The notes: a model not told the origin generated them from the letters alone. 64,000 nucleotides of DNA from an uncultured Gemmatimonadales bacterium (GCA_963708135.1 OY970192.1:3584001-3648000), one strand, 5' to 3'. Positions 10,487-19,668 are shown, counted from the first letter of the stretch. Translations and numbers: made by a program.

Positions 10487-11460
10487 CACCGCGCCGGCAC
10501 CGGCGGCTGGAACGTGCAGTCCTTCGTCCCCGGCGGACTGCGGCCGGCCGCGCACTGCCGCGCCGCGGCGAGCGCGGCCTCGATCGAGTGGTAGCCGAGC
10601 CACGGCGCCGGCGCCGCGACGTGGCTCCAGTCCCAGGTCCTGGCCGGCGTGCCGATGATCTTCAGCCGTCCGCTCCCGAAGCCGAGCACCCAGCGGCGGA
10701 ACGCGACGTACGCCGCGCGCGTGGCCGGGTGGCGGACGTCGCCGTCGCCGATCACCACGTCCACGGCGCGGCCGTAGGAGTGCATGGAGGTGGCGGTGAA
10801 GGTGTGGCCGTCCCCGCGGCTCATGAGGTACGCCTCGCGCTCGGGCGAGCGGTAGGTCTCGACCACGCGGATGCGGTAGTTCCGGGCGCGCGCCGCGCGC
10901 AGCATGCGCTCGAAGAGCGGGCGCACGGCCGGGTCGAGGCGGGCGAGCGAGGTGTCGGCCACACGCGCGAAGGACGGGAACTCCGAGCCGTGCATCGCGA
11001 GCACCCGCTGCTTGACGTGGGCCCAGCTCTCGCCCGGCCGGCGCAGCGACGCGAAGCCGAGGCTGAAGGAGAAGACCTCGTCGGTACGGCCGTGGTCCGG
11101 CGTCAGGTCGTATTTCAGGATTGCCGTGGCCGACGAGTCGCTGAGGTAGAGGCGCCGCGGATCGCCGACCCCGAACACCTGCCGCAGAAGGCTCGCCTCC
11201 TCGGGCGTGAAGGCGCGCCGTGCATAGTTCGGGACGCCATGCGCGTCCCGGCCGGCGTAGGCCAGCCGGGTGCCGCCGGTGTCGGCCGGCACACGCACGG
11301 CGACCTCCGAATCCGCCGCCGCCCTCCGCCCTCCTGCGGGATCCTGCGCCGCCTCCCCGCGGGACCCGCGGCACTGGCCGAGCGCCGCCGCGACGAGCAC
11401 GACCGTCGACAGTCGGGCCGCCAGCCGCCGCGGTGGCCGCGGTCCTCGCGCCATTCCCAT
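10486..11460 (-). CDS. Secreted M15-like (LAS) metallopeptidase
   Basis: ETYRS, SMHSYGRAVD (SxHxxGxAxD), WDWSHV. Confidence 0.7.
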   Translation of the reverse strand: MGMARGPRPPRRLAARLSTVVLVAAALGQCRGSRGEAAQDPAGGRRAAADSEVAVRVPADTGGTRLAYAGRDAHGVPNYARRAFTPEEASLLRQVFGVGDPRRLYLSDSSATAILKYDLTPDHGRTDEVFSFSLGFASLRRPGESWAHVKQRVLAMHGSEFPSFARVADTSLARLDPAVRPLFERMLRAARARNYRIRVVETYRSPEREAYLMSRGDGHTFTATSMHSYGRAVDVVIGDGDVRHPATRAAYVAFRRWVLGFGSGRLKIIGTPARTWDWSHVAAPAPWLGYHSIEAALAAARQCAAGRSPPGTKDCTFQPPVPAR

Positions 11461-11480
11461 CCTCCCTGCGGTTCGGCCGC

Positions 11481-12230
11481 TCAGTACGTCTTCTCGACGT
11501 TGTCCACGTCCTCCAGGAACTTCGTCGCCTGCGTGGAGAAGCGGGCCGAGCTCCGCCGCGCCACGGCTTTCTGCAAGGCGGCGATCTCGGCGCGGATCCG
11601 CTGGTCGAGGCGGGGGCTCTTCTGCTTCACATGCGCGGCGACCGCGCCATAGTTCTGCCGCATCTCGGTGACCGCGTCGCCAGCCGGCCCCCAGTGCCCC
11701 TGCTTCGCGTCGTAGAGCCCGTCCCGTCCCGCCACATCCATGTAGGCAACCTGGATCGGCACCGTCGTCGGGTAGGGCGCCATCATCGCGGTGAGGGCCC
11801 GGCTCATCGAGTTGGCCGCCTGCAGCGCGGGGTAGCGCTGATGGGCGCGGACGGCCGTAGCGAGCGAATCGACCGAGGCGGTATAGAACCCGACGTTGCT
11901 GGACGCGGCCCCCGTCGCCGAGAGCGTATCCGTGAGCGTCCGCAGGCCCGAGAGCTTCGACTGCGCGGCCGCCCAGCTCCCGTTCTGGATGTCGTCCTGG
12001 ATGTCCTGGGCGAGGCCCTCGGCCTTCTCGAGCGAGGCGGGCATGGGCACCCCGGGCGCCGGCGCCGCGGCGGCGCTGCCCGGGGGCGCGGCAGGCATGA
12101 CCGCGGCGGTCGTGCCGGCCGGCGCGGCGGCGGCCGCGGCCGGCGCGGAGCCGTTCTGCCGGCTGGAGCCGCCGCAGGCGGCCAGAAGCAGCGCGACGGC
12201 GCTCCAGTGAACGGGTCGGTTCCAGCGCAT
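11481..12230 (-). CDS. Hypothetical helical lipoprotein, copy A
   Basis: Lipobox LAAC, Ala/Pro linker; clear paralog of 12959-13702. Confidence 0.85.
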   Translation of the reverse strand: MRWNRPVHWSAVALLLAACGGSSRQNGSAPAAAAAAPAGTTAAVMPAAPPGSAAAAPAPGVPMPASLEKAEGLAQDIQDDIQNGSWAAAQSKLSGLRTLTDTLSATGAASSNVGFYTASVDSLATAVRAHQRYPALQAANSMSRALTAMMAPYPTTVPIQVAYMDVAGRDGLYDAKQGHWGPAGDAVTEMRQNYGAVAAHVKQKSPRLDQRIRAEIAALQKAVARRSSARFSTQATKFLEDVDNVEKTY

Positions 12231-12274
12231 GGGATCTCTGCTCCGGCTGTCGGTCCGCTTCGGTTCCTGTCGGG

Positions 12275-12302
12275 AGGAGCGCGCCACGCCGGTGGTTGTG
12301 AC
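12275..12302 (-). promoter_or_regulatory. Putative ECF promoter GTCACAA-N13-GCGCTCCT (lipoprotein A)
   Basis: Exact boxes and spacing repeated four times. Confidence 0.7.
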
Positions 12303-12362
12303 AGGGCGTGGGGCGCCGCAGCGGGCCGGATCCGGCGCGGCGGTGCTTCTGTCCCGTCCGCC

Positions 12363-12390
12363 GTCACAAAGACCGGGCTCGGGCGCTCCT
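12363..12390 (+). promoter_or_regulatory. Putative ECF promoter GTCACAA-N13-GCGCTCCT (sigma copy A)
   Basis: Exact boxes and spacing repeated four times. Confidence 0.7.
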
Positions 12391-12427
12391 AGGGTTGACC
12401 GGCACGAAGAGAAAGGCACACCGCGCC

Positions 12428-12739
12428 GTGAGACGGGAGAGGCAATCGGGGCTTCGACGCGGCGTCTCGCGGCGCCGCCGGCTGCGCCAGCACCGTCCGC
12501 CGACGGCGTTCGCCGGCGATGCGGACCCGGGCCCGGAGGCGCGCCGCGCGGCGCGGGCGGCGTTGGACCGGCTGGAGGAACGGGAGCGTCGCCTGCTGCT
12601 GTTGCGGCACGAGGGGTTCAGCTACCGCGAGATCGCGGAGGCGCTGGGGGTGGCGGAGACGAGTGTCGGAAGCCTGCTGCTGCGCGCGAAGCGGGCGTTC
12701 CGCGCGGCCTGCGAGGAGGAAGAACATGCACACCAGTGA
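12428..12739 (+). pseudogene. ECF sigma factor copy lacking region 2 (sigma4-only ORF)
   Basis: C-terminus nearly identical to 13860-14387 (LEERERRLLLLRHEGFSYREIA); start matches, region 2 absent. Confidence 0.85.
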
Positions 12740-12950
12740 GCAGGCGCTTCAGACGTACGCCGACGGCGAGGGGGGGCCGCGCGGGAGGACATTGCCGAGC
12801 ACCTCGCCGGGTGCGAGGCGTGTGCCGGCCGGCTCGCGGCACTGCGGGCCGAGGACGCAGATCTCGCCGCCACGCTGACCACTCCGGGGGACCCAGCGCC
12901 CGCGGTGGCCTCCGTGAAGCGCACGCCAGCCAGGCCCCCGGCACATCCGT
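12726..12950 (+). pseudogene. zf-HC2 anti-sigma remnant
   Basis: MHTSEQALQTYADGE, frameshift at a G7 run, then EHLAGCEAC; truncated. Confidence 0.75.
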
Positions 12951-12958
12951 GCGCCCGC

Positions 12959-13702
12959 TCAGTACATCCTTTCGACGTTGTCCACATCGTCCAGGAAGCG
13001 CTTCGCCGCGGCCGTGAAGCGTGACGCGCTCCGGCTCTGGATCGCCTGCCGCATCGCCGCCAGCTCGGTCGTGATGCGGCCGTCCACCGCCGGCGCTTTC
13101 TGCTTCACGTGGCTCCGGACCGCGCCGTAGCTCTGCTGCATCTCCGCCACCGCCTGCCCCGCCGCCCTCCAGTGCCCCTGCTGCGCGTCGTACAGCCCGT
13201 CGCGGCCCGCCACGTCCATGGAGGCGACGTCGATCGGCACCGCCGTGGCGTAGCGCGCCATCATGGCGTTGAGCGTGCGGCCAATGTGGTTCGCCGCCTC
13301 CAGCGCGGGGTACCGGCTGCGCGAACGTACCGCCGCAGCGAGCGAATCGAGCGCCCTGGTGTAGGACGCGAGGCTGGCCTGCGCGGCCTGGGTCGCGGCG
13401 ATGCTGTCCCGGAGCGAGCGAAGCCCCGAGATCTTCGCGGCGGCGGCGGACCAGCCGCGGTTCTGGATGTCGTCCTGAATGTCCTCCGCCAGCCCCTCGG
13501 CCTTCTCGAACGACGTCGGCATGGCCCGCGCGGTCGTGGTGTCGGCGGCGGGGGCGCCGGCGGCCGCCGGGGCTGCAGGGGTGGAGCCGGCGGGGGCCTG
13601 CTCGGCCAGCGGCGCGCCTGCGCTGCTCTGCTGCGGGTTGCCGCCACACGCGACGAGAGCGAAGGCGACCGCCGCCGCTCGAATCGGATCCGTCCAGCGC
13701 AT
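12959..13702 (-). CDS. Hypothetical helical lipoprotein, copy B
   Basis: Lipobox LVAC; EKAEGLAEDIQDDIQN and MDVAGRDGLYDA shared with copy A. Confidence 0.85.
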   Translation of the reverse strand: MRWTDPIRAAAVAFALVACGGNPQQSSAGAPLAEQAPAGSTPAAPAAAGAPAADTTTARAMPTSFEKAEGLAEDIQDDIQNRGWSAAAAKISGLRSLRDSIAATQAAQASLASYTRALDSLAAAVRSRSRYPALEAANHIGRTLNAMMARYATAVPIDVASMDVAGRDGLYDAQQGHWRAAGQAVAEMQQSYGAVRSHVKQKAPAVDGRITTELAAMRQAIQSRSASRFTAAAKRFLDDVDNVERMY

Positions 13703-13743
13703 CGGGTGTCACTCCGCTCTGCGGTTCCTCGCGGTTCACTGAG

Positions 13744-13771
13744 AGGAGCGCGTGGGGCGGCGCTTTGTGAC
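13744..13771 (-). promoter_or_regulatory. Putative ECF promoter GTCACAA-N13-GCGCTCCT (lipoprotein B)
   Basis: Exact boxes and spacing repeated four times. Confidence 0.7.
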
Positions 13772-13795
13772 AGCGGCGCGCCGGCGGAGCGGGAC

Positions 13796-13823
13796 GTCAC
13801 AAACGGCGCGCTCATGCGCTCCT
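13796..13823 (+). promoter_or_regulatory. Putative autoregulatory ECF promoter GTCACAA-N13-GCGCTCCT
   Basis: 36 bp upstream of the intact ECF sigma start. Confidence 0.7.
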
Positions 13824-13859
13824 CCACTGACCAGCAAGACGAGAGAGGCGACTCCGAAG

Positions 13860-14387
13860 GTGAGACCGGGGAAGGGGCGGGGCTTCGACGCGGAGTTCCG
13901 CGTGGTGTTCGAGGAGCGGTTCGAGGCGCTGTTCGGCTACCTCGATCGGCTGGCGGGCGACGGGGCGCTGGCCTCCGACATCGCGCAGGAGGCGTTCGTC
14001 CGTCTCTACGCGCGCGGCAGGATGCCGGACCGCCCCGCGAGCTGGCTGGTGACCGTGGCGAACAACCTGTTCCGTTCGTCGCGCCGCGATTCGGCACGGC
14101 GTCGGAAGCTGCGGGCGATGCGTCCGGCGACGGCGTTCACGGGCGACCCCGCGCCGGAGCCGGACGAGGCGCTGGAGCGCGCGGAGCGCCGCAGGGCCGC
14201 GGAGTCGGCGCTCGCGCGGCTGGAGGAGCGGGAGCGTCGCCTGCTGCTGCTCCGGCACGAGGGATTCAGCTACCGCGAGATCGCGCAGGCGCTGGACCTG
14301 GCCGAAAGCAGTGTGGGCAGCCTGCTGCTGCGGGCGAAGCGGTCGTTCCGCGCGGCTTACGAGGAGAGGGATCATGCATCTCGGTGA
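13860..14387 (+). CDS. ECF sigma-70 factor
   Basis: Region 2 ASDIAQEAFVRL..SWLVTVANN; region 4 FSYREIAQAL. Confidence 0.95.
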   Translation: MRPGKGRGFDAEFRVVFEERFEALFGYLDRLAGDGALASDIAQEAFVRLYARGRMPDRPASWLVTVANNLFRSSRRDSARRRKLRAMRPATAFTGDPAPEPDEALERAERRRAAESALARLEERERRLLLLRHEGFSYREIAQALDLAESSVGSLLLRAKRSFRAAYEERDHASR

Positions 14388-15117
14388 GGAGGTCCTGCAG
14401 GAGCTCGCGGACGGCGCGGCGGGAGGGGACGAGCCGCGGATCCGCCGTCACCTGGACGGTTGCGCCACGTGTGCGGCGCGGCTGGAGGCCATCGTGGTGG
14501 AGGACGGGGAGGTGGAAGCGCTGCTTCGTTCGCTGGGCCATCCGGTCCCGCTGGTGAGCGTGGAGGATCTCGCCCGTCGCGGTCGGGCGCGGCGCCCGCG
14601 CCCGCGGGTGGCTCTCGCGGCCGCGGTCGCACTCCTCGTCCTGGCGGGGGGCGCCGCTGCGGCCATGAGCAGCGAGACGGTGCGGGGCATGGTGGGACGG
14701 GCGTGGCAGAGCGTGATCGGGCGTGGCGGGGCCGCGGCGGCGCCGGCGGCGCGCCCCCCGGCCGGGGACCAGACGCCACCGCTGGGAACCGGCATCGCCT
14801 TCGCGCCCGGGCGCACTGTCGAGATCGAGTTCCTGGCCGCGCAGGACGTCGGGACGCTCGAGATCACGGCCTCGCCGGACTCGCTGGTACACGTGGACCC
14901 GGTGGGCGGCACGGGCCGCTTCAGCATCGGCTCGGCGGGCGTGCGGATCGACAATGCGGGGTCGAGCGCCAGCTACCGGATCGCGCTCCCGACCGACGTG
15001 CTGGAGGCACGCGTGCGGGTGGCGGGCCGGGTCGTCGCGGAGCAGAGGGACGGCCGGATCGCGTCCGTGCCGGGCGGCCGGAACGGCGAGCGGCTGGTGG
15101 TGCCGCTGCGGCGCTGA
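14374..15117 (+). CDS. zf-HC2 transmembrane anti-sigma factor
   Basis: HLDGCATC (HxxxCxxC), single TM helix, overlaps the sigma stop. Confidence 0.9.
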   Translation: MHLGEEVLQELADGAAGGDEPRIRRHLDGCATCAARLEAIVVEDGEVEALLRSLGHPVPLVSVEDLARRGRARRPRPRVALAAAVALLVLAGGAAAAMSSETVRGMVGRAWQSVIGRGGAAAAPAARPPAGDQTPPLGTGIAFAPGRTVEIEFLAAQDVGTLEITASPDSLVHVDPVGGTGRFSIGSAGVRIDNAGSSASYRIALPTDVLEARVRVAGRVVAEQRDGRIASVPGGRNGERLVVPLRR

Positions 15118-15126
15118 GAGGGCGCG

Positions 15127-16455
15127 ATGGTAGACGAAACGGCGTCGAGCACGTGGCTGTTCCGGGCGTCCAGCCTGCTCACCGACCGCTTCCCTGAGGG
15201 GGGTGCCCGGCTGCTGGACGCGCTGGTGCGGGCGTCGGCGGGAAGCTCGCTGCTGCGCTCCCACGTCATGGCCAGCGCGCGCGCGGCGGTGGGCCGGGTG
15301 CGCTCCTTTCGGCGGATCCTGGTGGTGCCGGACCTGAACATCGGCGACGCGGTCATGCTGCAGGCGGCCGTGGTCGGATTGCGCGACTATTTCCCCGCGG
15401 CGGAGATCGACTACGCGGCCTCACGCCTGGCGCGGGACCTCGTCGAGGGAAGTGACGAAATCACGAACGTCCACCCGGCGCTCCGCTCCACGCCCCATCC
15501 GGGGGCGGGCGATGCCCGCGGTGTGCGCTGGCTGACCACCGCGCGCCGCTACGACCTGGTATTCAATTTCTGCGCGTTCTTCCCCGACGCCGCGCTGGTG
15601 CCAGCCGGGACGCCCGTGGTGGGCTTCGCGGCACTGGCCGCGCAGCTGCTCCACGCCACCAGGCTGCGGGACGCGCCCGCGCACGTGGTGGCGCAGACGC
15701 ACGCGCTCGTCCACGAGCTTCTTTCGCCTCTCCACACGCCGGTTCGGGGGCGGCCGTTCACCGGCGTCTCCATCACGCTGTCGGACGAGGCGGCCGAGCG
15801 GGGCGCGGAACTCGTGGGCCGGATGCGCACGGACGGGCTGCCCCTCGTCCTGGTGAACCCCGACTCCTCCTCCCGCTTCACCCGCCCGCCCATCGAGCTT
15901 CAGGCGCGCCTGCTGCAGGCCCTGCTCGCCCTTCCCTGCACGCCCGTGCTGGGGGCCGGCCACACCGAGCCAGGGATCGAGGCGAGGATCCTGGCGCGGC
16001 TGCCGCGCGCCGCGCGCTCTCGCATCCAGGTGCTGTCCGCCAGCACCCCCATCGACGCGTACGCCGCGGTCGTGGATGCGGCGGCCGTCTTCATCTCCGG
16101 GGATACCGGCCCGCTCCATCTCGCCGCGGCACGGAAGACCAGCCGGTCGGGGCGCATAGGCTTTCGCAACCGCACCGCCGTTCTAGCCCTGTTCGGCGCC
16201 ACGCCAGCCCGGCTCTACGGCTACGACTCCGCGCGCGCGGGCTTCCTGGCCGCCAACCAGGAGGCACCCTCCTTCGCGCACGCCGGCGCGAGCCCCTGCC
16301 GCAACCTCACCTGCATCCACAAGTCGGCCAAGAGCTGCGGCAGCGTACGCTGCTTCCACGCCCTGGATATCGACGCCGTCCTTGGCGACATCCGGCGCGC
16401 ACTCGGCGCCGCGTGGGCGAACGCGCGCGCGCGGGCGGTGGCGGAACCGGCGTGA
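15127..16455 (+). CDS. Glycosyltransferase family 9 (heptosyltransferase-like)
   Basis: IGDAVM, FISGDTGPLHLAAA, ALFGAT, Cys cluster at C-terminus. Confidence 0.85.
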   Translation: MVDETASSTWLFRASSLLTDRFPEGGARLLDALVRASAGSSLLRSHVMASARAAVGRVRSFRRILVVPDLNIGDAVMLQAAVVGLRDYFPAAEIDYAASRLARDLVEGSDEITNVHPALRSTPHPGAGDARGVRWLTTARRYDLVFNFCAFFPDAALVPAGTPVVGFAALAAQLLHATRLRDAPAHVVAQTHALVHELLSPLHTPVRGRPFTGVSITLSDEAAERGAELVGRMRTDGLPLVLVNPDSSSRFTRPPIELQARLLQALLALPCTPVLGAGHTEPGIEARILARLPRAARSRIQVLSASTPIDAYAAVVDAAAVFISGDTGPLHLAAARKTSRSGRIGFRNRTAVLALFGATPARLYGYDSARAGFLAANQEAPSFAHAGASPCRNLTCIHKSAKSCGSVRCFHALDIDAVLGDIRRALGAAWANARARAVAEPA

Positions 16456-17096
16456 ACCGCGCGCTGCTCCTGCTCCTGGCGTACGGCCTGGGATTCCTGG
16501 CCGCGATCCCGATCGGCGCGACCCAGGTCGAGATCGCGAAGCGCGCGCTGGTGGGCCGCCTCGACACGGCGCTCATGATCGTCCTCGGCTCGGTGGCCTC
16601 GGATGTCGGCTACGGCGCGGTCGCGCTGTTCGGCCTGGCGCCGTTCCTCGAGAGCCCCATGGCAAGGGCGCTCTTCGGGCTCCTTGGAGGTGCGGTGCTG
16701 CTGGTGCTGGCGTTCTTCACCTTCCGCCATGTGGCGCGCGTCCGCAAGATCGACACCGGCAGCCGCGCCCTGCGCAGCCGGCCGCTCTCCCTCCTTACGG
16801 GCTTCACGCTGGCCGTGACCAACCCGCCGATCATGCTGTGGTGGCTGGTGGGAGCGAAGCTGGCCGTGGACCTCGGAATGACGCCGCGATTCACCCCTCG
16901 CGTGGCCACCGGCTTCCTCGCGTTTGGCGGACTCGGCCTGGGCTCCTATCTCACGATCCTGGCGCTCGTGCTTCGCCGCGTGAAGCACATGATCTCCCCG
17001 CGGTTGCAGCGCCGCGTGCACCTCGCGCTCGGGGTCCTACTGATCCTGCTCGCCGGTTTCCTGCTAGTCACGGGACTCCGCGACCTGCGCGCTTGA
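16452..17096 (+). CDS. LysE-family translocator
   Basis: AIPIGA, GFTLAVTNP motif, about six TM helices. Confidence 0.85.
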   Translation: MNRALLLLLAYGLGFLAAIPIGATQVEIAKRALVGRLDTALMIVLGSVASDVGYGAVALFGLAPFLESPMARALFGLLGGAVLLVLAFFTFRHVARVRKIDTGSRALRSRPLSLLTGFTLAVTNPPIMLWWLVGAKLAVDLGMTPRFTPRVATGFLAFGGLGLGSYLTILALVLRRVKHMISPRLQRRVHLALGVLLILLAGFLLVTGLRDLRA

Positions 17097-19394
17097 GACG
17101 CCGGCGCCGGGCTCCCACGAGAATCCCACCTCGAAGGAGCGCGGCAGCAGCAGGAGCGGGCGCTGCTGACCACCCTGCACCCAGACGCTCCGCGCCAGCT
17201 CGTTCCCGCGGTTGAGCACGTTGTTGATCGCCACGTAGCCCTCGAGCCGGCCGCGCCGGCCGCCCAGCTCCAGGATCCAGGCATGCCGCAGGCCCACGTC
17301 CAGCCGTGCATAGCGCGGCAGCAGCGCGCCGTTCAGCGGTCCGGTGCGCGCCTGCGGGCTGCCCGCAATCTGGCTCACGTCGTCCAGCGGGTCGTCCGGC
17401 GTCCATACGAACCCGCCGAGCAGGTCAGTGCTCGGCCGGGTGTCGGCCACGCGCAGCGCAGCGAGCAGCCACGTCGCCGCGCCGGCGCGGTAGCCGGCGG
17501 CGACCGCCACGGTGTGGCCGGGAAGGGACAGCCGATAGGCGTTTGCCGGACCGGCGCGGTGCGAGGAGGCCAGCCCGTACCCCGCGTCCACCCGGAACAC
17601 GCCCCGCTCGACCCCCAGCCGGAGCGTGAGTCCCCGCGCCCGGCCCTCGCCCGAGACGAGCGAGTCCGCCACGAACGGCTGCGCCGTGGCGAGGGCGGGA
17701 AGGACCAGCCCGTCCAGCCGGCGCAGGTAGGCGTCCGCGCCCAGGCGCACGCCGGGCGCGAGATCCGCCGCAAGGGCGCCGGTCCACTCGTCGCCGGAGG
17801 CGAGGGGCACCCGGGCCCCGTCCGCGACCACGGGGAGCGAGACTCCCGTGACCGCGCTGAGCACGCTCTCCTCGTTGCGCAGCGACTGCGTGTACTGGCT
17901 CATGCGCCCGTAGCCGAGTCCGACGCTCGTGTGGCGCGTCAGCGCGTAACGCAGCGAGACCCGCGGTGCGAGCTGGACTCCCAGCCGCGGCGAGGCCGTA
18001 CCCCGCACGCCCGCCATCGCGCTCCACCGTCCGGTCGCGAGCCGTTCATCGACGAAGGCCAATGCCAGCGCCACCGTGCCGGCGAGCGAGAGTCGGGAGC
18101 GGGCGGAGTCGGAGACGCCGTAGGCCGCCTGCAGCCGGCGCACCGCGAGCCCCGCTTCCGCCCGCCCGCCGGCGAGCGGGAACGCCGCGGCGGCCTCGGC
18201 GCCCATCTCGTGCGTCCGGTCGCGTAGCCGCTCGATCCCCACCCGCTGGTTCAGCCAGGCGAGGTCCGCGCCGAGAGTCGCGCTCCACGCCGAGGCCCGC
18301 ACGGAGGCGTGCGCCCACGCCCGGCGCCAGCGCACGGCCGCCGTCGTCGACCTCCAGGCGAAGCGGTTGCGCTGGCCGGCCGAGGCCGGCGCGGACGGCA
18401 CGGGCGCCTCGCTGCCCAGCAGCGAGTCCGCGACCGCGTCGAAGCCAATGCCGTCCTGGCTATGGAACGCGAGCGCCTCGAGCGAGCCGCCCCCCAGCGG
18501 GAAGGCGAGCTTGCCGAGCACGTCGCTCACGCCGCTGTCCGTCGTCGTCTCTCCCTGTAGCTCCGCGAACGCATCGCGCAGGCCGCGCTGGCCGCTCAGC
18601 AGAAAGCCCCCGATCCCGTCGGGAAGCGGCCCCGCCACGAGCGCGCGGGCCGTGAAGACATTGGCGCCGCCGCGCACCTCGAGCCGGTCCGGCGGCGCAA
18701 GAATCTCCAGCTCGACCACGTCGGAGAGCGCCCCGCCGAGCTCCGCCGGCACCACCCCCTCATGCAGCGTGACGGCGTACAGCGCGTCAGGATCGACGGC
18801 CGTGAACGCGCCACCGCCGTGGAACGGGCCGAGCAGCGGCGCGCCATCCAGCAGGATCCGGTTCTGGTCCGGCGAGCCGCCGCGGATCCGCAGCGCACCG
18901 AGGCCCGTGGGGCCACCCCGTACGTCGGGCAGCCCCTCGAGGGGGGAGAGCGCGTCGGCGCCTCCCGGCAGCAGGGGCCGATCCAGCGACGCGGCGCCGT
19001 AGCGCCGCAGCCCGAGCTCCGCCGCGCCGACGCCGGCCTCTCCCTCTTCCTCGCGATCCGCGCCGACCGGGACCGGTCCCAGCGCGACCGGGTCGCGCGG
19101 GAGCGTGACGTCCAGGCGCAGGGTCCGGCCGCCGCGCACCACCACGTCCAGCGCGCGCGGCCGGTAGCCGAAGCGCGCGAAGCGGATCCGGTGCGCACCG
19201 TCGTCGAGCCCTCGCAGAACGTAGGCGCCGGCCGAGTCGGAGAACGCATGCCGCGGCCCGTCCAGCTGCTCGACCAGCGCGCCGGCGATCCCCTCGCCGG
19301 AGGAGTCGCCCACGACGCGGCCCTGCACCACCGCCGGCGCCTGGGCCCGCGCCTGCGCGGCGGCCAGGAGGCAGAGGAGCAGGGCCATCTTCAT
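17064..19394 (-). CDS. TonB-dependent receptor with N-terminal carboxypeptidase-regulatory-like domain
   Basis: VQGRV...SDSAGAY, plug IRGGSPDQNRILLDG, C-terminal INNVLN...PRSFEVGFSW. Confidence 0.85.
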   Translation of the reverse strand: MKMALLLCLLAAAQARAQAPAVVQGRVVGDSSGEGIAGALVEQLDGPRHAFSDSAGAYVLRGLDDGAHRIRFARFGYRPRALDVVVRGGRTLRLDVTLPRDPVALGPVPVGADREEEGEAGVGAAELGLRRYGAASLDRPLLPGGADALSPLEGLPDVRGGPTGLGALRIRGGSPDQNRILLDGAPLLGPFHGGGAFTAVDPDALYAVTLHEGVVPAELGGALSDVVELEILAPPDRLEVRGGANVFTARALVAGPLPDGIGGFLLSGQRGLRDAFAELQGETTTDSGVSDVLGKLAFPLGGGSLEALAFHSQDGIGFDAVADSLLGSEAPVPSAPASAGQRNRFAWRSTTAAVRWRRAWAHASVRASAWSATLGADLAWLNQRVGIERLRDRTHEMGAEAAAAFPLAGGRAEAGLAVRRLQAAYGVSDSARSRLSLAGTVALALAFVDERLATGRWSAMAGVRGTASPRLGVQLAPRVSLRYALTRHTSVGLGYGRMSQYTQSLRNEESVLSAVTGVSLPVVADGARVPLASGDEWTGALAADLAPGVRLGADAYLRRLDGLVLPALATAQPFVADSLVSGEGRARGLTLRLGVERGVFRVDAGYGLASSHRAGPANAYRLSLPGHTVAVAAGYRAGAATWLLAALRVADTRPSTDLLGGFVWTPDDPLDDVSQIAGSPQARTGPLNGALLPRYARLDVGLRHAWILELGGRRGRLEGYVAINNVLNRGNELARSVWVQGGQQRPLLLLPRSFEVGFSWEPGAGVSSAQVAESRD

Positions 19395-19668
19395 CGGGCC
19401 GACCGCCCACGAGAAAGAACGGGGATTCGCCGGATGGCTCGGGGCATGCTCACCTTCGATCGGGGACGCGTGATCCGGCGCGGTCCGCGCGCCGCGCACC
19501 GGCGAGGCAAGCCTCACGCCAGCGACGCCCGCGGCGCGGCCGCGGCCTCGGGCGCCACTTAACGCATCCGGCCGCGCGGGCATCAGAGAGGGCGTCGCGT
19601 GGGTGAAGCGGAGCGGTGCCCCGGCGGGGCGCGGCGGCACCATCGGACCTTCGAGGGTGGAGGGCGTC

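Noticed and set aside
7823..11374. 1183-aa ORF as one giant protein
   Set aside because: Chance concatenation of an off-frame stretch, the TolC N-terminus, off-frame TolC and the MFP/RND remnant
17064..17096. Convergent overlap of LysE and TonB receptor ends
   Set aside because: Short 3' overlaps are common in GC-rich genomes; no further signal
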